This document shows positions 48,092-57,772 of a stretch of DNA of 64,000 nt, piece by piece. The stretch spans positions 64,001-128,000 of the IMG/VR virus record IMGVR_UViG_3300020182_000010; one strand, written 5' to 3'. Both the position numbers and the translations under genes were made by a program. Origin of the DNA: a virus. How positions within the stretch are numbered: position 1 is the first letter of the stretch; each line of letters opens with the position of its first letter. The notes under the pieces were generated by a model. That model was not told where the DNA came from and did not search any database. It worked only from the letters and a program-made list of their open reading frames with translations.

Positions 48092-48781
48092 TTACATGTA
48101 TTTATCAAAATACTCTTGAACCTTAGTAGCCCACAATAGTGAATACTTGTCGAATTCCTCTCCCTCTACAACAAATTCTTGATAATTACCGAGATTATCT
48201 GCTTCCGCATCCCATCCAATCATCATAATAACAATAGTACGAATATCAGTTCCATATAATTCATTATGTGCGGCAGCATATGCAGCACCTTGTAGAAAAT
48301 AATCATCAATCCATGCACGTTTTTTGGGCTTACGAGTTGTTTTAAAATCAATAATTGCTTGTTGCCCTTTGTATACACCAATACAATCTGCAGTTCCTGC
48401 ATATAGTCCTGGATAGTATAATGGGACTTCTGTTCCCCACACTTCACTAATATTACTAAGACCATCGTTGATAACAATATCTGACAGTTCTTTAGCCATC
48501 TGATGGATGAGGTTTGTGCCACTTGGTCTATCCTCTTCAAGAATAAACTTTTCTAAATGCAAGTGAACTTGTGTGCCAATTCCAGTAGCAAGGTTCATAA
48601 TACGATTTGCTTCTTCATTACCGACACGTTTTCGCCATTCGTGTAGCGCAGTTTTGTCCGCAAGTGCACTCAAAACTGTTGTAACACTTGGGAGGGGCTT
48701 ACCTTCAGGTGTTTGATAGTGACGGGATCCGTCTAAATTGACACGTGATAGGGGAGCATAAGTATAGGTTTCTTTTAACAT
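48092..48781 (-). CDS. PD-(D/E)xK exonuclease (Cas4/MGME1-like)
   Basis: PSVTTVL, GTQVH, E..L, YAGTADC..IIDFKT, YFLQ..AYA. Confidence 0.88.
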   Translation of the reverse strand: MLKETYTYAPLSRVNLDGSRHYQTPEGKPLPSVTTVLSALADKTALHEWRKRVGNEEANRIMNLATGIGTQVHLHLEKFILEEDRPSGTNLIHQMAKELSDIVINDGLSNISEVWGTEVPLYYPGLYAGTADCIGVYKGQQAIIDFKTTRKPKKRAWIDDYFLQGAAYAAAHNELYGTDIRTIVIMMIGWDAEADNLGNYQEFVVEGEEFDKYSLLWATKVQEYFDKYM

Positions 48782-48861
48782 AAGACAATAGTATCATATA
48801 AATTTAAGACTGTCAAGAAAAAAGCGCAAGAAAGAATCCTGCGTTTTCAATGATTTAGAAA

Positions 48862-49140
48862 TTAACTTGTATACATCTTACGATATGCTTCGATATCTTT
48901 CTCATACTGCTTCGAACAGAAGTTAGATTGACGTTTCCAAAAATTCATCTTACGCTCACATATGTCTAACTCTTTAGATGCATGATGCTTTTCAACTGTA
49001 TCGTCACTTTTTAGAAGTATGAATTTCAGGAAGAAGTAATTTTCAAGATGCTTACAAATCATGTGATTTGCATCGTATTTTTCTGCATTAAATGCAGAAG
49101 CGAATGTACGCTTTTCAGTATCGCTATAAAAAAACATCAT
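48862..49140 (-). CDS. Early hypothetical protein (start re-assigned)
   Basis: AAAGGAGA RBS; own promoter; flanked by direct repeats. Confidence 0.75.
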   Translation of the reverse strand: MMFFYSDTEKRTFASAFNAEKYDANHMICKHLENYFFLKFILLKSDDTVEKHHASKELDICERKMNFWKRQSNFCSKQYEKDIEAYRKMYTS

Positions 49141-49170
49141 GTGTATTCTCCTTTTGTTTAACACATGATG

Positions 49171-49199
49171 TTTATAGCATTGATTCGAGGATTTGTCAA
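49171..49199 (-). promoter_or_regulatory. Early promoter with GANTC in spacer
   Basis: TTGACA-N17-TATAAA; TGATTCG 49181-49187. Confidence 0.8.
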
Positions 49200-49256
49200 G
49201 AAAAAAGCGCAAGATAAAACTCTTACGCTTTAATAGGTTATAATTTTTTAAATTAA

Positions 49257-49712
49257 TTATAGATGTTTTTGTAATTCTTCTATCATTGATGCCTTTGTAT
49301 GTCTACGATCTAATTGGATACCTATATTTTCATCTGCCCATATATCAATTTCTTTCTTAGTCATGGATGTAAAATTAGGAGTAGTTTCTATTTTTTTATT
49401 ATTTTTGGTTTCTACAACTATACTTTCTGTGGTCATATCTACTGTAATTGGAGTAACTGTTTCTATTACTGCATCTTCAACTTTTTCAGCAACCGCTTTT
49501 TTTATAATTACTTCATCTTTAATACTTTGGATACGACTATTATTTTCTCTTGCCTTTTTGTTTTCTAATGTTAGGCGGCGCTTTTCTGCCTTTTCATCTG
49601 ACATTGTTGCTAGAGCATTTTCAATAATATTATTACTATCAATAATAATTTTTTTCATTTCTTTTTTAGAAACAACTTTAATTTCTTTATCACCTTTAAT
49701 AATTAATGGCAT
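49257..49712 (-). CDS. Hypothetical protein with C-terminal HeH-like motif
   Basis: MTKKEIDIWA..GIQLDRRHTKASMI. Confidence 0.65.
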   Translation of the reverse strand: MPLIIKGDKEIKVVSKKEMKKIIIDSNNIIENALATMSDEKAEKRRLTLENKKARENNSRIQSIKDEVIIKKAVAEKVEDAVIETVTPITVDMTTESIVVETKNNKKIETTPNFTSMTKKEIDIWADENIGIQLDRRHTKASMIEELQKHL

Positions 49713-50032
49713 TACTTGGTTCTCCTTGTTGTTGCTTTTGTGGCAAGTTTTTTTACAGTTTCTTTAGAACTATCATCATTATCTGATGTAGGGGCAAATT
49801 CTAACTCTATACTGTTTGCATTTGCATTACTTACGTATTTACTTTTTGATAAAATATCAGTTAAACTCTCAGGTGTAATAGAATGACCCAAGTCATTCAG
49901 TTCACGCACCATTATATCAGTTCCAATAGTATTAATATCATTTGCTTTTAAGCGAACAAGATATACATTAATATCATTCATAAGTTGAGACTTATAATTA
50001 TCATTTTCGCTTAAAAGTGTTGAAATTTTCAT
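49712..50032 (-). CDS. Putative head-associated protein
   Basis: MKISTLLSE leader. Confidence 0.6.
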   Translation of the reverse strand: MKISTLLSENDNYKSQLMNDINVYLVRLKANDINTIGTDIMVRELNDLGHSITPESLTDILSKSKYVSNANANSIELEFAPTSDNDDSSKETVKKLATKATTRRTK

Positions 50033-50033
50033 T

Positions 50034-51146
50034 TTATGACCTCTTTGCTCGGCCTAATGGTTCACTATCTGGTCCAGATGCTGCTTCGTCACCTGCTGCA
50101 AAATCTACATCGTCTTCAAAATCATCAGACATATCACCACCGATTATATCACCTGAAGACATGTCATCTGATGGTTTTTCGCCATTAAGAACCAAAACTG
50201 CATCATTTACTGTATCTTTTGTTGCACGTGCCTGCCCTAGTAAACTTGCTACGGCATCGTTTACTTTATCTTTAAATGATGATGCTTGGTCTGCGCCATG
50301 TGAGTAAGCCATTTCATCAGTAAGTGGACCAAGTTGATCATTTTGTAGTTTGCCTAGTTTTTCAATCATGTCTTGTAGTTCATCTACCATGCCACGTGCT
50401 GCCATCATAACTTCTGCTTCTGCTGCATCACTTTCAAGTAATGTATTAAGTTGTGCTAGAAGGCCTTCTTCTAATTTTTCTCTATCCATTTTGTATTCCT
50501 TTGGTGCTTCGTAAGTATTGCCATACTTTTTCATTGTATCAAATGATGGTTTTTCGCTCTCAGTTGCTTTTTCTGCTTTTGCAGCATGTACTGCTTTGCG
50601 TTGTGCATCAGATTTATACTTACCTTCATTGATTGATTCGTAGTACTCATTTGCCATTTCTTTGCCGTACTTTTTAGAAAATTCTTCTTTTGACATTGTT
50701 TCTGAATCATCAATAATCATATCACTCATGCGGCCTTCAACAAATGATTCATTCTTTAAGAATGCTGGCTTATCATCTTTTGTGCCCATCTTGCCGTCTT
50801 TACCAGCAGCCATTGGCATTTTATCTGACTTTGCTTTACTCTTTTTAGTAGTCTTGCCTTTTTTCTTTGCATCTTGATATGCTTTCAGACCAGCGGGTAA
50901 TTCACCTTCAGCAACGTGTGCTTTTAGTAGTGATTTAATAGTTTCAATCATAAGCATGTTTTCGACATATGCACGATCCTGGTAGTCTGAAGTCATTTCT
51001 CGCTTTTTTGCTTCTAGTTGTGCTTTTGCTTCTCTTAGTGATTCTAGATCACCATCTACTTCGTACCCAAAATTACTTTTCATGTACTCATTCATTTTTG
51101 AAGAGATAGCAACCGGGTTAGAGTTGTAAAAAATTGTTTTTCTCAT
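50034..51146 (-). CDS. Putative prohead core/scaffold-like protein
   Basis: Helical and acidic, many xxE-S/G sites; late promoter 51179-51187. Confidence 0.55.
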   Translation of the reverse strand: MRKTIFYNSNPVAISSKMNEYMKSNFGYEVDGDLESLREAKAQLEAKKREMTSDYQDRAYVENMLMIETIKSLLKAHVAEGELPAGLKAYQDAKKKGKTTKKSKAKSDKMPMAAGKDGKMGTKDDKPAFLKNESFVEGRMSDMIIDDSETMSKEEFSKKYGKEMANEYYESINEGKYKSDAQRKAVHAAKAEKATESEKPSFDTMKKYGNTYEAPKEYKMDREKLEEGLLAQLNTLLESDAAEAEVMMAARGMVDELQDMIEKLGKLQNDQLGPLTDEMAYSHGADQASSFKDKVNDAVASLLGQARATKDTVNDAVLVLNGEKPSDDMSSGDIIGGDMSDDFEDDVDFAAGDEAASGPDSEPLGRAKRS

Positions 51147-51208
51147 GGTATTTGCCCCAATACATTAAGTTATATCATGTATTTATCTTTTTAGTTTCAT
51201 TTCCTAAT

Positions 51209-51835
51209 TTACTTAATAGATTCATATATTGCTTTTATACTGCGTTTTGCACTTCCTGCCTCAGATTTAGCACGTGTAAATCTTGCTTCCGCAATATTCA
51301 TTTTACTAATATCTTTACGCTTTTTTGCTTTTGCATATGTATCTTTATACTGAATGGCATCAAAATAGAATTTTTCGAATACTGCGTTACTTGCCATTAT
51401 TTTTGTTAATTCTGGTGAGTTTATTTTCTTTCCAGAATTCAAATGTCTTGTTATAACATATGCAGTTTCATACAAACAAATTTCCTCAAATAATGTATCA
51501 TCTGAACGATTGTCCCTAATATCATAGTAACCATTGTCATTTTTTTCAACAGAAAACATTCCTACTTTTACACCATTATGTGTCTTTGTAGACTCATTCA
51601 TTGTTGTTGCAACTTTTTTACTAACATTGTTACTGGCACTATTAAATGCGTTCATAATATTTTCCATTGCTTTAATATCTGCAGTTTTAACTCCATGTGA
51701 TACATCAATATGACCAGAGTCAGCCATTACTTGCTGTTCATGGGCAACCTGTTCTTTTAATGCAGTTTTGTCACCGTTCAGTGCCTTCATTAAATTTGAC
51801 ATTGCATTCACATCTTGTTTACTAGGTGTTGTCAT
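51209..51835 (-). CDS. Conserved hypothetical (head-region) protein
   Basis: GGAGGA RBS; MNE-S site. Confidence 0.7.
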   Translation of the reverse strand: MTTPSKQDVNAMSNLMKALNGDKTALKEQVAHEQQVMADSGHIDVSHGVKTADIKAMENIMNAFNSASNNVSKKVATTMNESTKTHNGVKVGMFSVEKNDNGYYDIRDNRSDDTLFEEICLYETAYVITRHLNSGKKINSPELTKIMASNAVFEKFYFDAIQYKDTYAKAKKRKDISKMNIAEARFTRAKSEAGSAKRSIKAIYESIK

Positions 51836-51846
51836 TACATCCTCCG

Positions 51847-52041
51847 TTAGTTGACTCTATATCCACGTAGTGTTGGTACTAACACGCCCTTATGTACTAA
51901 TTTATCAGCAATAATTATTGAGCGTTCACTCAATTGAGATTCATTAACATATTCGTTTTCTGAAAAGAACTGGTTTAATAAATCACTTTCTTCTTCGGTG
52001 ATCATAACATATATACCACCTAATACTTCTTGTAACTTCAT
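51847..52041 (-). CDS. Small winged-helix-like protein
   Basis: LSERSIIIADKLVHKGVL. Confidence 0.6.
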   Translation of the reverse strand: MKLQEVLGGIYVMITEEESDLLNQFFSENEYVNESQLSERSIIIADKLVHKGVLVPTLRGYRVN

Positions 52042-52053
52042 TTTAAACTCCTC

Positions 52054-52614
52054 TTATTTATTGAGTTTATTTAATAGACTTCTAAATTGCTGGGCCGTTT
52101 TGGGATCACTTGCAAGTGCGTCTAACGATTTTGCTTGCTGTGCCATCGCAAAACGTTGAACAGGCGTTAATGCTTTGCCTTGTTCGGCTCTATCAAGTGC
52201 CTTTGCTGCCTGTTGACCACTAATGCCACCCAATGCTTTCTTGCCTAGGCGTTGCATTGCTTGTGCCTTTTTAGTCATTGCAGATGAACTAGAATCTTGG
52301 CTAGGCGCGGATGCTTGTGCTTGTGACTGAGCTTGTTGCATGCCCTTCATTTCGCCTGGTGTTAATGAAGTTCTTGTTCCCTGCGAACCAGTAGAATATT
52401 CTTCATCAAGACTAAAACCTAAAACTTCTTTCGCTGTTTTTTCATCTCTATCACGTAATGCTCTCATTAATTCAATATATTTACCAAAGTCAAGAGTTTT
52501 CATTCTATTACGAACATCATCATCACTTGCTCCAACTAAATCAGCAATACCAGTTAATCTTGTATTATATGACTCCGTTAACATAACATTCTCTATACTA
52601 TCTTTTAAACTCAT
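52054..52614 (-). CDS. Hypothetical (head-region) protein
   Basis: LTE-S, LDEE sites. Confidence 0.65.
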   Translation of the reverse strand: MSLKDSIENVMLTESYNTRLTGIADLVGASDDDVRNRMKTLDFGKYIELMRALRDRDEKTAKEVLGFSLDEEYSTGSQGTRTSLTPGEMKGMQQAQSQAQASAPSQDSSSSAMTKKAQAMQRLGKKALGGISGQQAAKALDRAEQGKALTPVQRFAMAQQAKSLDALASDPKTAQQFRSLLNKLNK

Positions 52615-52620
52615 TTTATA

Positions 52621-52905
52621 TCACCTATTCAACATTTTTAATCGTTTGCTTGCTGGGTTCATACGTTTTGTCATCTTCGATTTACGTGTTAGTCTCTTGC
52701 CCATTTTAGCTTTAGTTTTTGCTAAAGTGAACCGCTTCTTAACATCTACTGGCTTAAAACATGCTGTGGGATTAGCAACTGTTTTGCCTTTTAGTCTTCC
52801 TGATGAACAGCGATACTTACGAACTACCTTTTTACCACTACGTGCATAAACTAGTTTCGCTTCGTAAAATTCTTCGTCATTTTTTACAATTTCTTCTATA
52901 AGCAT
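52621..52905 (-). CDS. Basic prohead-core-like protein
   Basis: Acidic leader ending FYE-A, then a very K/R-rich body. Confidence 0.6.
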   Translation of the reverse strand: MLIEEIVKNDEEFYEAKLVYARSGKKVVRKYRCSSGRLKGKTVANPTACFKPVDVKKRFTLAKTKAKMGKRLTRKSKMTKRMNPASKRLKMLNR

Positions 52906-53153
52906 TATATCACCTTAAACACAGAAGTCAATAGTGCAATTAACAATGTCCCAAATAATGTTGAACTTGCCCAAACAACTATCTTTTTCAATTCTGTAAA
53001 TTGTTCCTTTGTATCTAATGTTTGACGTTCTACTAATGTTTCTAACCGCCCAATCGATTCATCTAATTTCTTAAATCGTTCATGATTAACTGCTACATGA
53101 GTTTCTAAACTCTGCATCTCAAGTGCTGCTAATTGCGGTTCATTTATAGACAT
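52905..53153 (-). CDS. Coiled-coil protein with C-terminal TM (XhlA/holin-like)
   Basis: SLETHV..ERFKKL..C-terminal TM; late promoter 53179-53187. Confidence 0.6.
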   Translation of the reverse strand: MSINEPQLAALEMQSLETHVAVNHERFKKLDESIGRLETLVERQTLDTKEQFTELKKIVVWASSTLFGTLLIALLTSVFKVI

Positions 53154-53216
53154 CGTTCTTCTCCACTAAATGTTATATGTATTTATCATTTTAGTTTAGA
53201 AGAATTATCCACATAT

Positions 53217-53246
53217 AAAAAAACCCAGTTATTAACTGGGTTTTTT
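53217..53246. terminator. Bidirectional Rho-independent terminator
   Basis: AAAAAACCCAGTT/AACTGGGTTTTTT. Confidence 0.85.
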
Positions 53247-53274
53247 CTTTACATTCACTGCTTAATGGGGTATC

Positions 53275-53345
53275 TCCACATTCTATTTCATTATGCGAAT
53301 GATTCCAAGACCATACTAGGTAGTGGGCGCTCAATAGAATGTAGA
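53275..53345 (-). other. Structured RNA element (13-bp stem enclosing 45 nt) immediately 3' of a TAG stop
   Basis: TCTACATTCTATT pairs with AATAGAATGTGGA (one G-U) on the minus strand. Confidence 0.55.
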
Positions 53346-53346
53346 A

Positions 53347-53736
53347 CTATAATAATTCAGACATCTCAAATTCTATTGTAATAGGATCTAATGGTACACC
53401 ATCTATATCCACACCGTAGAATATTTCTTTTAGTATTGCAACATTATCACCGCTACGTTCAAATGCTTGTCCATGCTCTACCGCAAATTTAAAAATCATG
53501 CCATTACCAGTTAGAGTTGGTGCTAGTCCAGTAAGTGATACTGGAATAGGACTATTCATAATTACAGGTTGGGCTACCAGATTAATTAGATTACAAACAT
53601 CATCAAAATTTTGTTGTGACTGATCTAATATATTACCGGTTGATGTGATATCTAATGTTTTTAGATAGATAGTATAAAAATTCAGATTGCCAGATAGATT
53701 TTCGCTTGAACCTGCCGAGCCATGTATTCTTGTCAT
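53347..53736 (-). CDS. Putative virion (decoration-like) protein
   Basis: Tandem TATAAATAC late promoters (53764-53785); N-terminus resembles 53854-54108. Confidence 0.65.
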   Translation of the reverse strand: MTRIHGSAGSSENLSGNLNFYTIYLKTLDITSTGNILDQSQQNFDDVCNLINLVAQPVIMNSPIPVSLTGLAPTLTGNGMIFKFAVEHGQAFERSGDNVAILKEIFYGVDIDGVPLDPITIEFEMSELL

Positions 53737-53798
53737 ATTATTTCTCCGATTGAATTATTAAATGTATTTATACTATGTATTTATATCATATATAAAAC

Positions 53799-53829
53799 AA
53801 AAAAAGACCCACCATTGGTGGGCCTTTTT
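53799..53829 (-). terminator. Rho-independent terminator
   Basis: GGCCCACCA/TGGTGGGTC stem + T run. Confidence 0.8.
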
Positions 53830-53853
53830 ACTCTAACAAGTAGAGTTTATATC

Positions 53854-54108
53854 TTAGTAATCAAAATCTGCTGCTGAATAATCGTCGCCTAGTGCTGCTG
53901 TTAGTGTAGTCGCTGTCCATGCGCCGTTATTTTCTACTGCAACGCGCTCTGCGCCTTCGCCTAGAATTACAACAGTTGCACGTGTGCCTACTGTTTCAAC
54001 AACATGTTTCGCAGAGATTGTACCTGCTACTTTTGAGATTGTGAAATGTACAAGTGATCCTGTTAGGAATTGACCTGCATCATATGATTCGTGTACTTTT
54101 GCTACCAT
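53854..54108 (-). CDS. Putative small virion protein
   Basis: Own late promoter (54157-54164) and terminator. Confidence 0.7.
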   Translation of the reverse strand: MVAKVHESYDAGQFLTGSLVHFTISKVAGTISAKHVVETVGTRATVVILGEGAERVAVENNGAWTATTLTAALGDDYSAADFDY

Positions 54109-54187
54109 TTTATTTCTCCATTAAAATTTGTTGAGACTTTATCATCTCTATACTTTTATTTATCATTTTTGTTCCAACAATTGTATG

Positions 54188-55039
54188 TTACTTTCTTCTA
54201 GATTGAAATTTTGTTAGACCAGATTTTGTTGGATTATCATATGTTGTCTTTGCTAATCGTTTGCCCAGTGCATCTGCACCTTTAGCAATTGCATAGGCTC
54301 CGCCAACTGCTACAACCGCTTTAACAATTGGACGATCCCAAATCTTTTTCTTTGTGTCATTTCTGTCATTCACAATATAATTACCACGCTTTTGAAAGGA
54401 AAGTAATGGTTGCATAAACTCACTTCGCATTGCTTTAGAACGCATATATTGAACACTACGTGTTACTACTAATGCACGTTGATTTTGATTCAGATTATCC
54501 CAATCACCAACTAATCTACGCATAGACTTTAACATGCCATCTTGTATATTTAATTGGCGCTGAAATCTAAGTAACATTTTTTGTTCAAATGCTGGACTAT
54601 TTTTACTATTGCCTATATGAGTTAGATATTGTACTAAATCTGCTTTATTTGGAGATAATCTTTTCTTTGCAATTTCATCTTTTTCATTACTATTATCTTG
54701 ATCTTTTCCCATAAGTCTATTAAGAGCAATATATAAATCAGTTCCGCTTGTTCTAAATGTATCAAAATTTCTAAATGCTACTGTACGTTTGGCATATTCA
54801 CTTGCCAATGGCGCATAATCATAATCTTTATTAAAAATATTTAATAGCATTAGGTACATGAATGATACATCGGACGCATCATCTAAATTAACCTCACTTG
54901 CAATTTTTTTATTTCTAAAAAGTCGGCTCTCAGTTAGTTCATTCACTAACTGTAAACTTTTATCTTCATCATCACTTATATCATGGCCGCCATAAATTTC
55001 TGCCCATTGACTTGCTGTATATTTTTTATCATTTGCCAT
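54188..55039 (-). CDS. Conserved hypothetical (head-region) protein
   Basis: ELTE-SRLFR site; FRTSGTDLY motif. Confidence 0.7.
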   Translation of the reverse strand: MANDKKYTASQWAEIYGGHDISDDEDKSLQLVNELTESRLFRNKKIASEVNLDDASDVSFMYLMLLNIFNKDYDYAPLASEYAKRTVAFRNFDTFRTSGTDLYIALNRLMGKDQDNSNEKDEIAKKRLSPNKADLVQYLTHIGNSKNSPAFEQKMLLRFQRQLNIQDGMLKSMRRLVGDWDNLNQNQRALVVTRSVQYMRSKAMRSEFMQPLLSFQKRGNYIVNDRNDTKKKIWDRPIVKAVVAVGGAYAIAKGADALGKRLAKTTYDNPTKSGLTKFQSRRK

Positions 55040-55042
55040 GCT

Positions 55043-55237
55043 TTATTTCCTTTTATCTAGTATATCCTTCATGACATTTGTTGCTGTGTTGGTAAACCAT
55101 CGTGGTGCCACACTGTGTATTAATAATGCTGGTACTAATAATTGCAATTTTACCGCAGCACTTAGTGCAGTAGCCATATGTTGTAATCCACTTTCATTAA
55201 CACTTTCTAAATGCTCTTTACATTTTTTACTAAACAT
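55043..55237 (-). CDS. DUF6356-like small protein
   Basis: HLESVNES..QH..LIHSVAP.WFTNTA. Confidence 0.65.
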   Translation of the reverse strand: MFSKKCKEHLESVNESGLQHMATALSAAVKLQLLVPALLIHSVAPRWFTNTATNVMKDILDKRK

Positions 55238-55241
55238 TATA

Positions 55242-57296
55242 TTATCTTTCTTTTGTCATGTTTGCAGCACTAAAACCACTGCGATTAACTAATTTACTAT
55301 CACCCTGGCCAATAACGTAGCCTTCGCCACCTCGCTGTCCATTTGTATATGCCTCTACATCTGCGTCACTTGCATCTAATTGTGCAATTATATCATTTTT
55401 TACTTTCATAATGCCCATTATTACTGTAAATAATGCCTTCATTCCTGCAGCATTGTTATTTACATGATTGTTCATTCTATCTTTCATCTGTTCAGACATT
55501 TTGGCAGTTGCTATCCATTTTGACCAATCACCTGTTAAGTTATTCAACTTACGTGCTTTTGTCATATTATTTACATATGTATAAAGTGCATTTTTGAAAC
55601 TTGATAACTTGTTTGATTTTAAAAAATTATCATCTAATAACATATCTATTTTATTGGCACTAGAATTTGCAATGCTTGCTACTTTATCTAAATCATCTGC
55701 TTGTACTCTTGGACCTTTTGTGAGTGTCACTGGTGGCATGATAAGAAGATTACCTGAGTTTAACTCTGATGTATCTACTTTACTTTTTGTTCCATCAAGT
55801 TCAATCTTAGCATGTAAAACTACACCTGATTGACTTTTTGATATCTGTTTACCGATATCACTATTGCCACGAACACGATATGTTACCGTATTTGGTGTGA
55901 AAACAAAATGCCCATCTTCTGCACTTGGTTTTGTAAAATATAATAAGTCACCATGCACATAACCTCTAAAGTTTTCTGGCGTTGCTGCTTCATATATATC
56001 CCATATATTTGTCATTTGTTTTACAAAAGCCTTGCGGTTAGCATCCGGTGCTTCTTTGCCGCGTCTTAAAAACATTGATGCCATGTCATTTTTACTTGTT
56101 ACTTTTCCATCATATCCTTTGGCACCGAAGCCACTCTTGTCTGTTAATACAAATTCACCATTCTCATTGCGACCAAAGATTACCGCAGGCGAACCATCCC
56201 ATTTAACAGTAACATTTTCAGGAGATTTCTCTAAATTCTTTAATGTTTCAATCGATTTCGCAACACCTTTTGAACCATGCCAAATAGCAAAGTCTTCAAC
56301 ATGTTGAATACGTGCATCTGATTCACGCAACGAAGATTTAGCCCCTTCACTTAACTCGGTTGGAACACCAGCATTTTGAATACTTGGATTTGATTTGAAG
56401 TCTTTGAAAATCTTTTGTGCTAGTTCTTCTGGATAGTTTTTCTTAACTGCCGCATACAATGATTCAAAACTATCCATATCTGCAGGACTATCTAACTGTA
56501 GTTTTTTAGCAATCGTTGCATCGTCATAATATGGACCGCCAATTACTTCGTTATTGTTTTTCTTAGTATAACCTTCGCCGTTCTTTTTAGGAACAGGTGT
56601 TCTACGAACACGCACTAGACCGTTTGAACTCCACATCCAACGTTCCATTTCCATTGGACGACCATCTTCAGTTTTCTCATCACTTGCCGCCACGTTTAAT
56701 CTGCCCGCAATACTGGCAATCATGATGTTACGATGAACACCTTTATACTTGCTATCTTCTTCATGTGGTGAGTGATAATATGTTTTCATCCATTTTGGAT
56801 CGCCTGGCATAAAGTCCAATTGTACAAAACCAGTACGCCCTTCAGGTACACCTAAACTTTTTTTAGTTTTAGGGTCAAACATTTCACGGTTAGGGTCATA
56901 ATTTTGGATTTTAATTTTAGTAATGTGTACGCTGGTTTTCGCATAGTATGAAATTAGCGGATGATTTTTTAGCATTTCGCCAAATTCGTCACTTTTTTCT
57001 GGGGGGATCTTGATTGCAACGTCAATATCTCCGCTAAACTGTTTTTTGCCAACACTACCAAGTGCCTGACTAACAAGATCAACACCCAATGCATTAGACA
57101 ATGGTGTTAGTGTTGCTTTAATTTCGTCACGGTGAATTGGACCAACACCTGGTGCTGATCCGCTTTCATTAATTTGTGTATCATCAAGTAAGTTCTTCAT
57201 ACGATTATGTAGACCAACTTGTTTTAAGCGTGGCTTTCTTGGACCTCGAAATCGGCGTTCAATTCCCTGATTTAAAATTATGTCTGATATCTTCAT
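55242..57296 (-). CDS. Two-domain protein: Pol-beta-type nucleotidyltransferase + ATP-grasp ligase-like (KWDG; DUF6267-like) domain
   Basis: LGSVGKKQFSGDIDV..VQLDFM; HVED..TVKWDGSPAVIFG..GDLLY..GEGYV..KLVNR; MKISDII leader and linker LSE-G/LRE-S. Confidence 0.7.
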   Translation of the reverse strand: MKISDIILNQGIERRFRGPRKPRLKQVGLHNRMKNLLDDTQINESGSAPGVGPIHRDEIKATLTPLSNALGVDLVSQALGSVGKKQFSGDIDVAIKIPPEKSDEFGEMLKNHPLISYYAKTSVHITKIKIQNYDPNREMFDPKTKKSLGVPEGRTGFVQLDFMPGDPKWMKTYYHSPHEEDSKYKGVHRNIMIASIAGRLNVAASDEKTEDGRPMEMERWMWSSNGLVRVRRTPVPKKNGEGYTKKNNNEVIGGPYYDDATIAKKLQLDSPADMDSFESLYAAVKKNYPEELAQKIFKDFKSNPSIQNAGVPTELSEGAKSSLRESDARIQHVEDFAIWHGSKGVAKSIETLKNLEKSPENVTVKWDGSPAVIFGRNENGEFVLTDKSGFGAKGYDGKVTSKNDMASMFLRRGKEAPDANRKAFVKQMTNIWDIYEAATPENFRGYVHGDLLYFTKPSAEDGHFVFTPNTVTYRVRGNSDIGKQISKSQSGVVLHAKIELDGTKSKVDTSELNSGNLLIMPPVTLTKGPRVQADDLDKVASIANSSANKIDMLLDDNFLKSNKLSSFKNALYTYVNNMTKARKLNNLTGDWSKWIATAKMSEQMKDRMNNHVNNNAAGMKALFTVIMGIMKVKNDIIAQLDASDADVEAYTNGQRGGEGYVIGQGDSKLVNRSGFSAANMTKER

Positions 57297-57511
57297 TTCT
57301 TATCTCCAAATGGATTTTCACCTGTTAATTGAGGTCTTGAAAACCATAATTTAAACCAAGCATCAGTTCCAGGCTCAATATCATTCTTTTTTTGATACTC
57401 ACCTTTTTCTTGTCCAGTATGAGATATATTTTCCTGATGTTGTGATACATCATAGGGCTTATATATACCTGCTAAAACCTTCAGTTGATGTAACTGCTGT
57501 TCAAAGTCCAT
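57293..57511 (-). CDS. Conserved phage hypothetical protein
   Basis: LKVLAGI..IEPGTDAWFKLWFSRPQLTGE. Confidence 0.75.
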   Translation of the reverse strand: MDFEQQLHQLKVLAGIYKPYDVSQHQENISHTGQEKGEYQKKNDIEPGTDAWFKLWFSRPQLTGENPFGDKK

Positions 57512-57747
57512 TATTTGTCTACACTATTCATGCCTCGCTTAAACTTCCGCGGGTCTTTTGTGCGGATACTATTAACCAAACGTTTTTGTAAATCATGTGA
57601 AGTTTCTTCATCAAAAGTATTTTCAATGAATTCCATTAGGTGTATTGCACCTGCAATCAAGTGTTCACCTTTTTGTTCAACCAAACGTTTGTTATCTTTA
57701 TCATAAGACATGCTGTTTAGTTCTTCAAATAGACTTTTACGTTTCAT
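57511..57747 (-). CDS. Conserved phage hypothetical protein
   Basis: RLVNSIRTKDPRKFKRG; late promoter 57766-57774. Confidence 0.75.
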   Translation of the reverse strand: MKRKSLFEELNSMSYDKDNKRLVEQKGEHLIAGAIHLMEFIENTFDEETSHDLQKRLVNSIRTKDPRKFKRGMNSVDK

Positions 57748-57772
57748 AACAATCCTCCGTTAAGTGTATTTA

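Noticed and set aside
48092-48781. Cas4 implying a CRISPR-Cas locus
   Set aside because: No Fe-S cysteines, no other cas genes and no array; an ordinary phage exonuclease.
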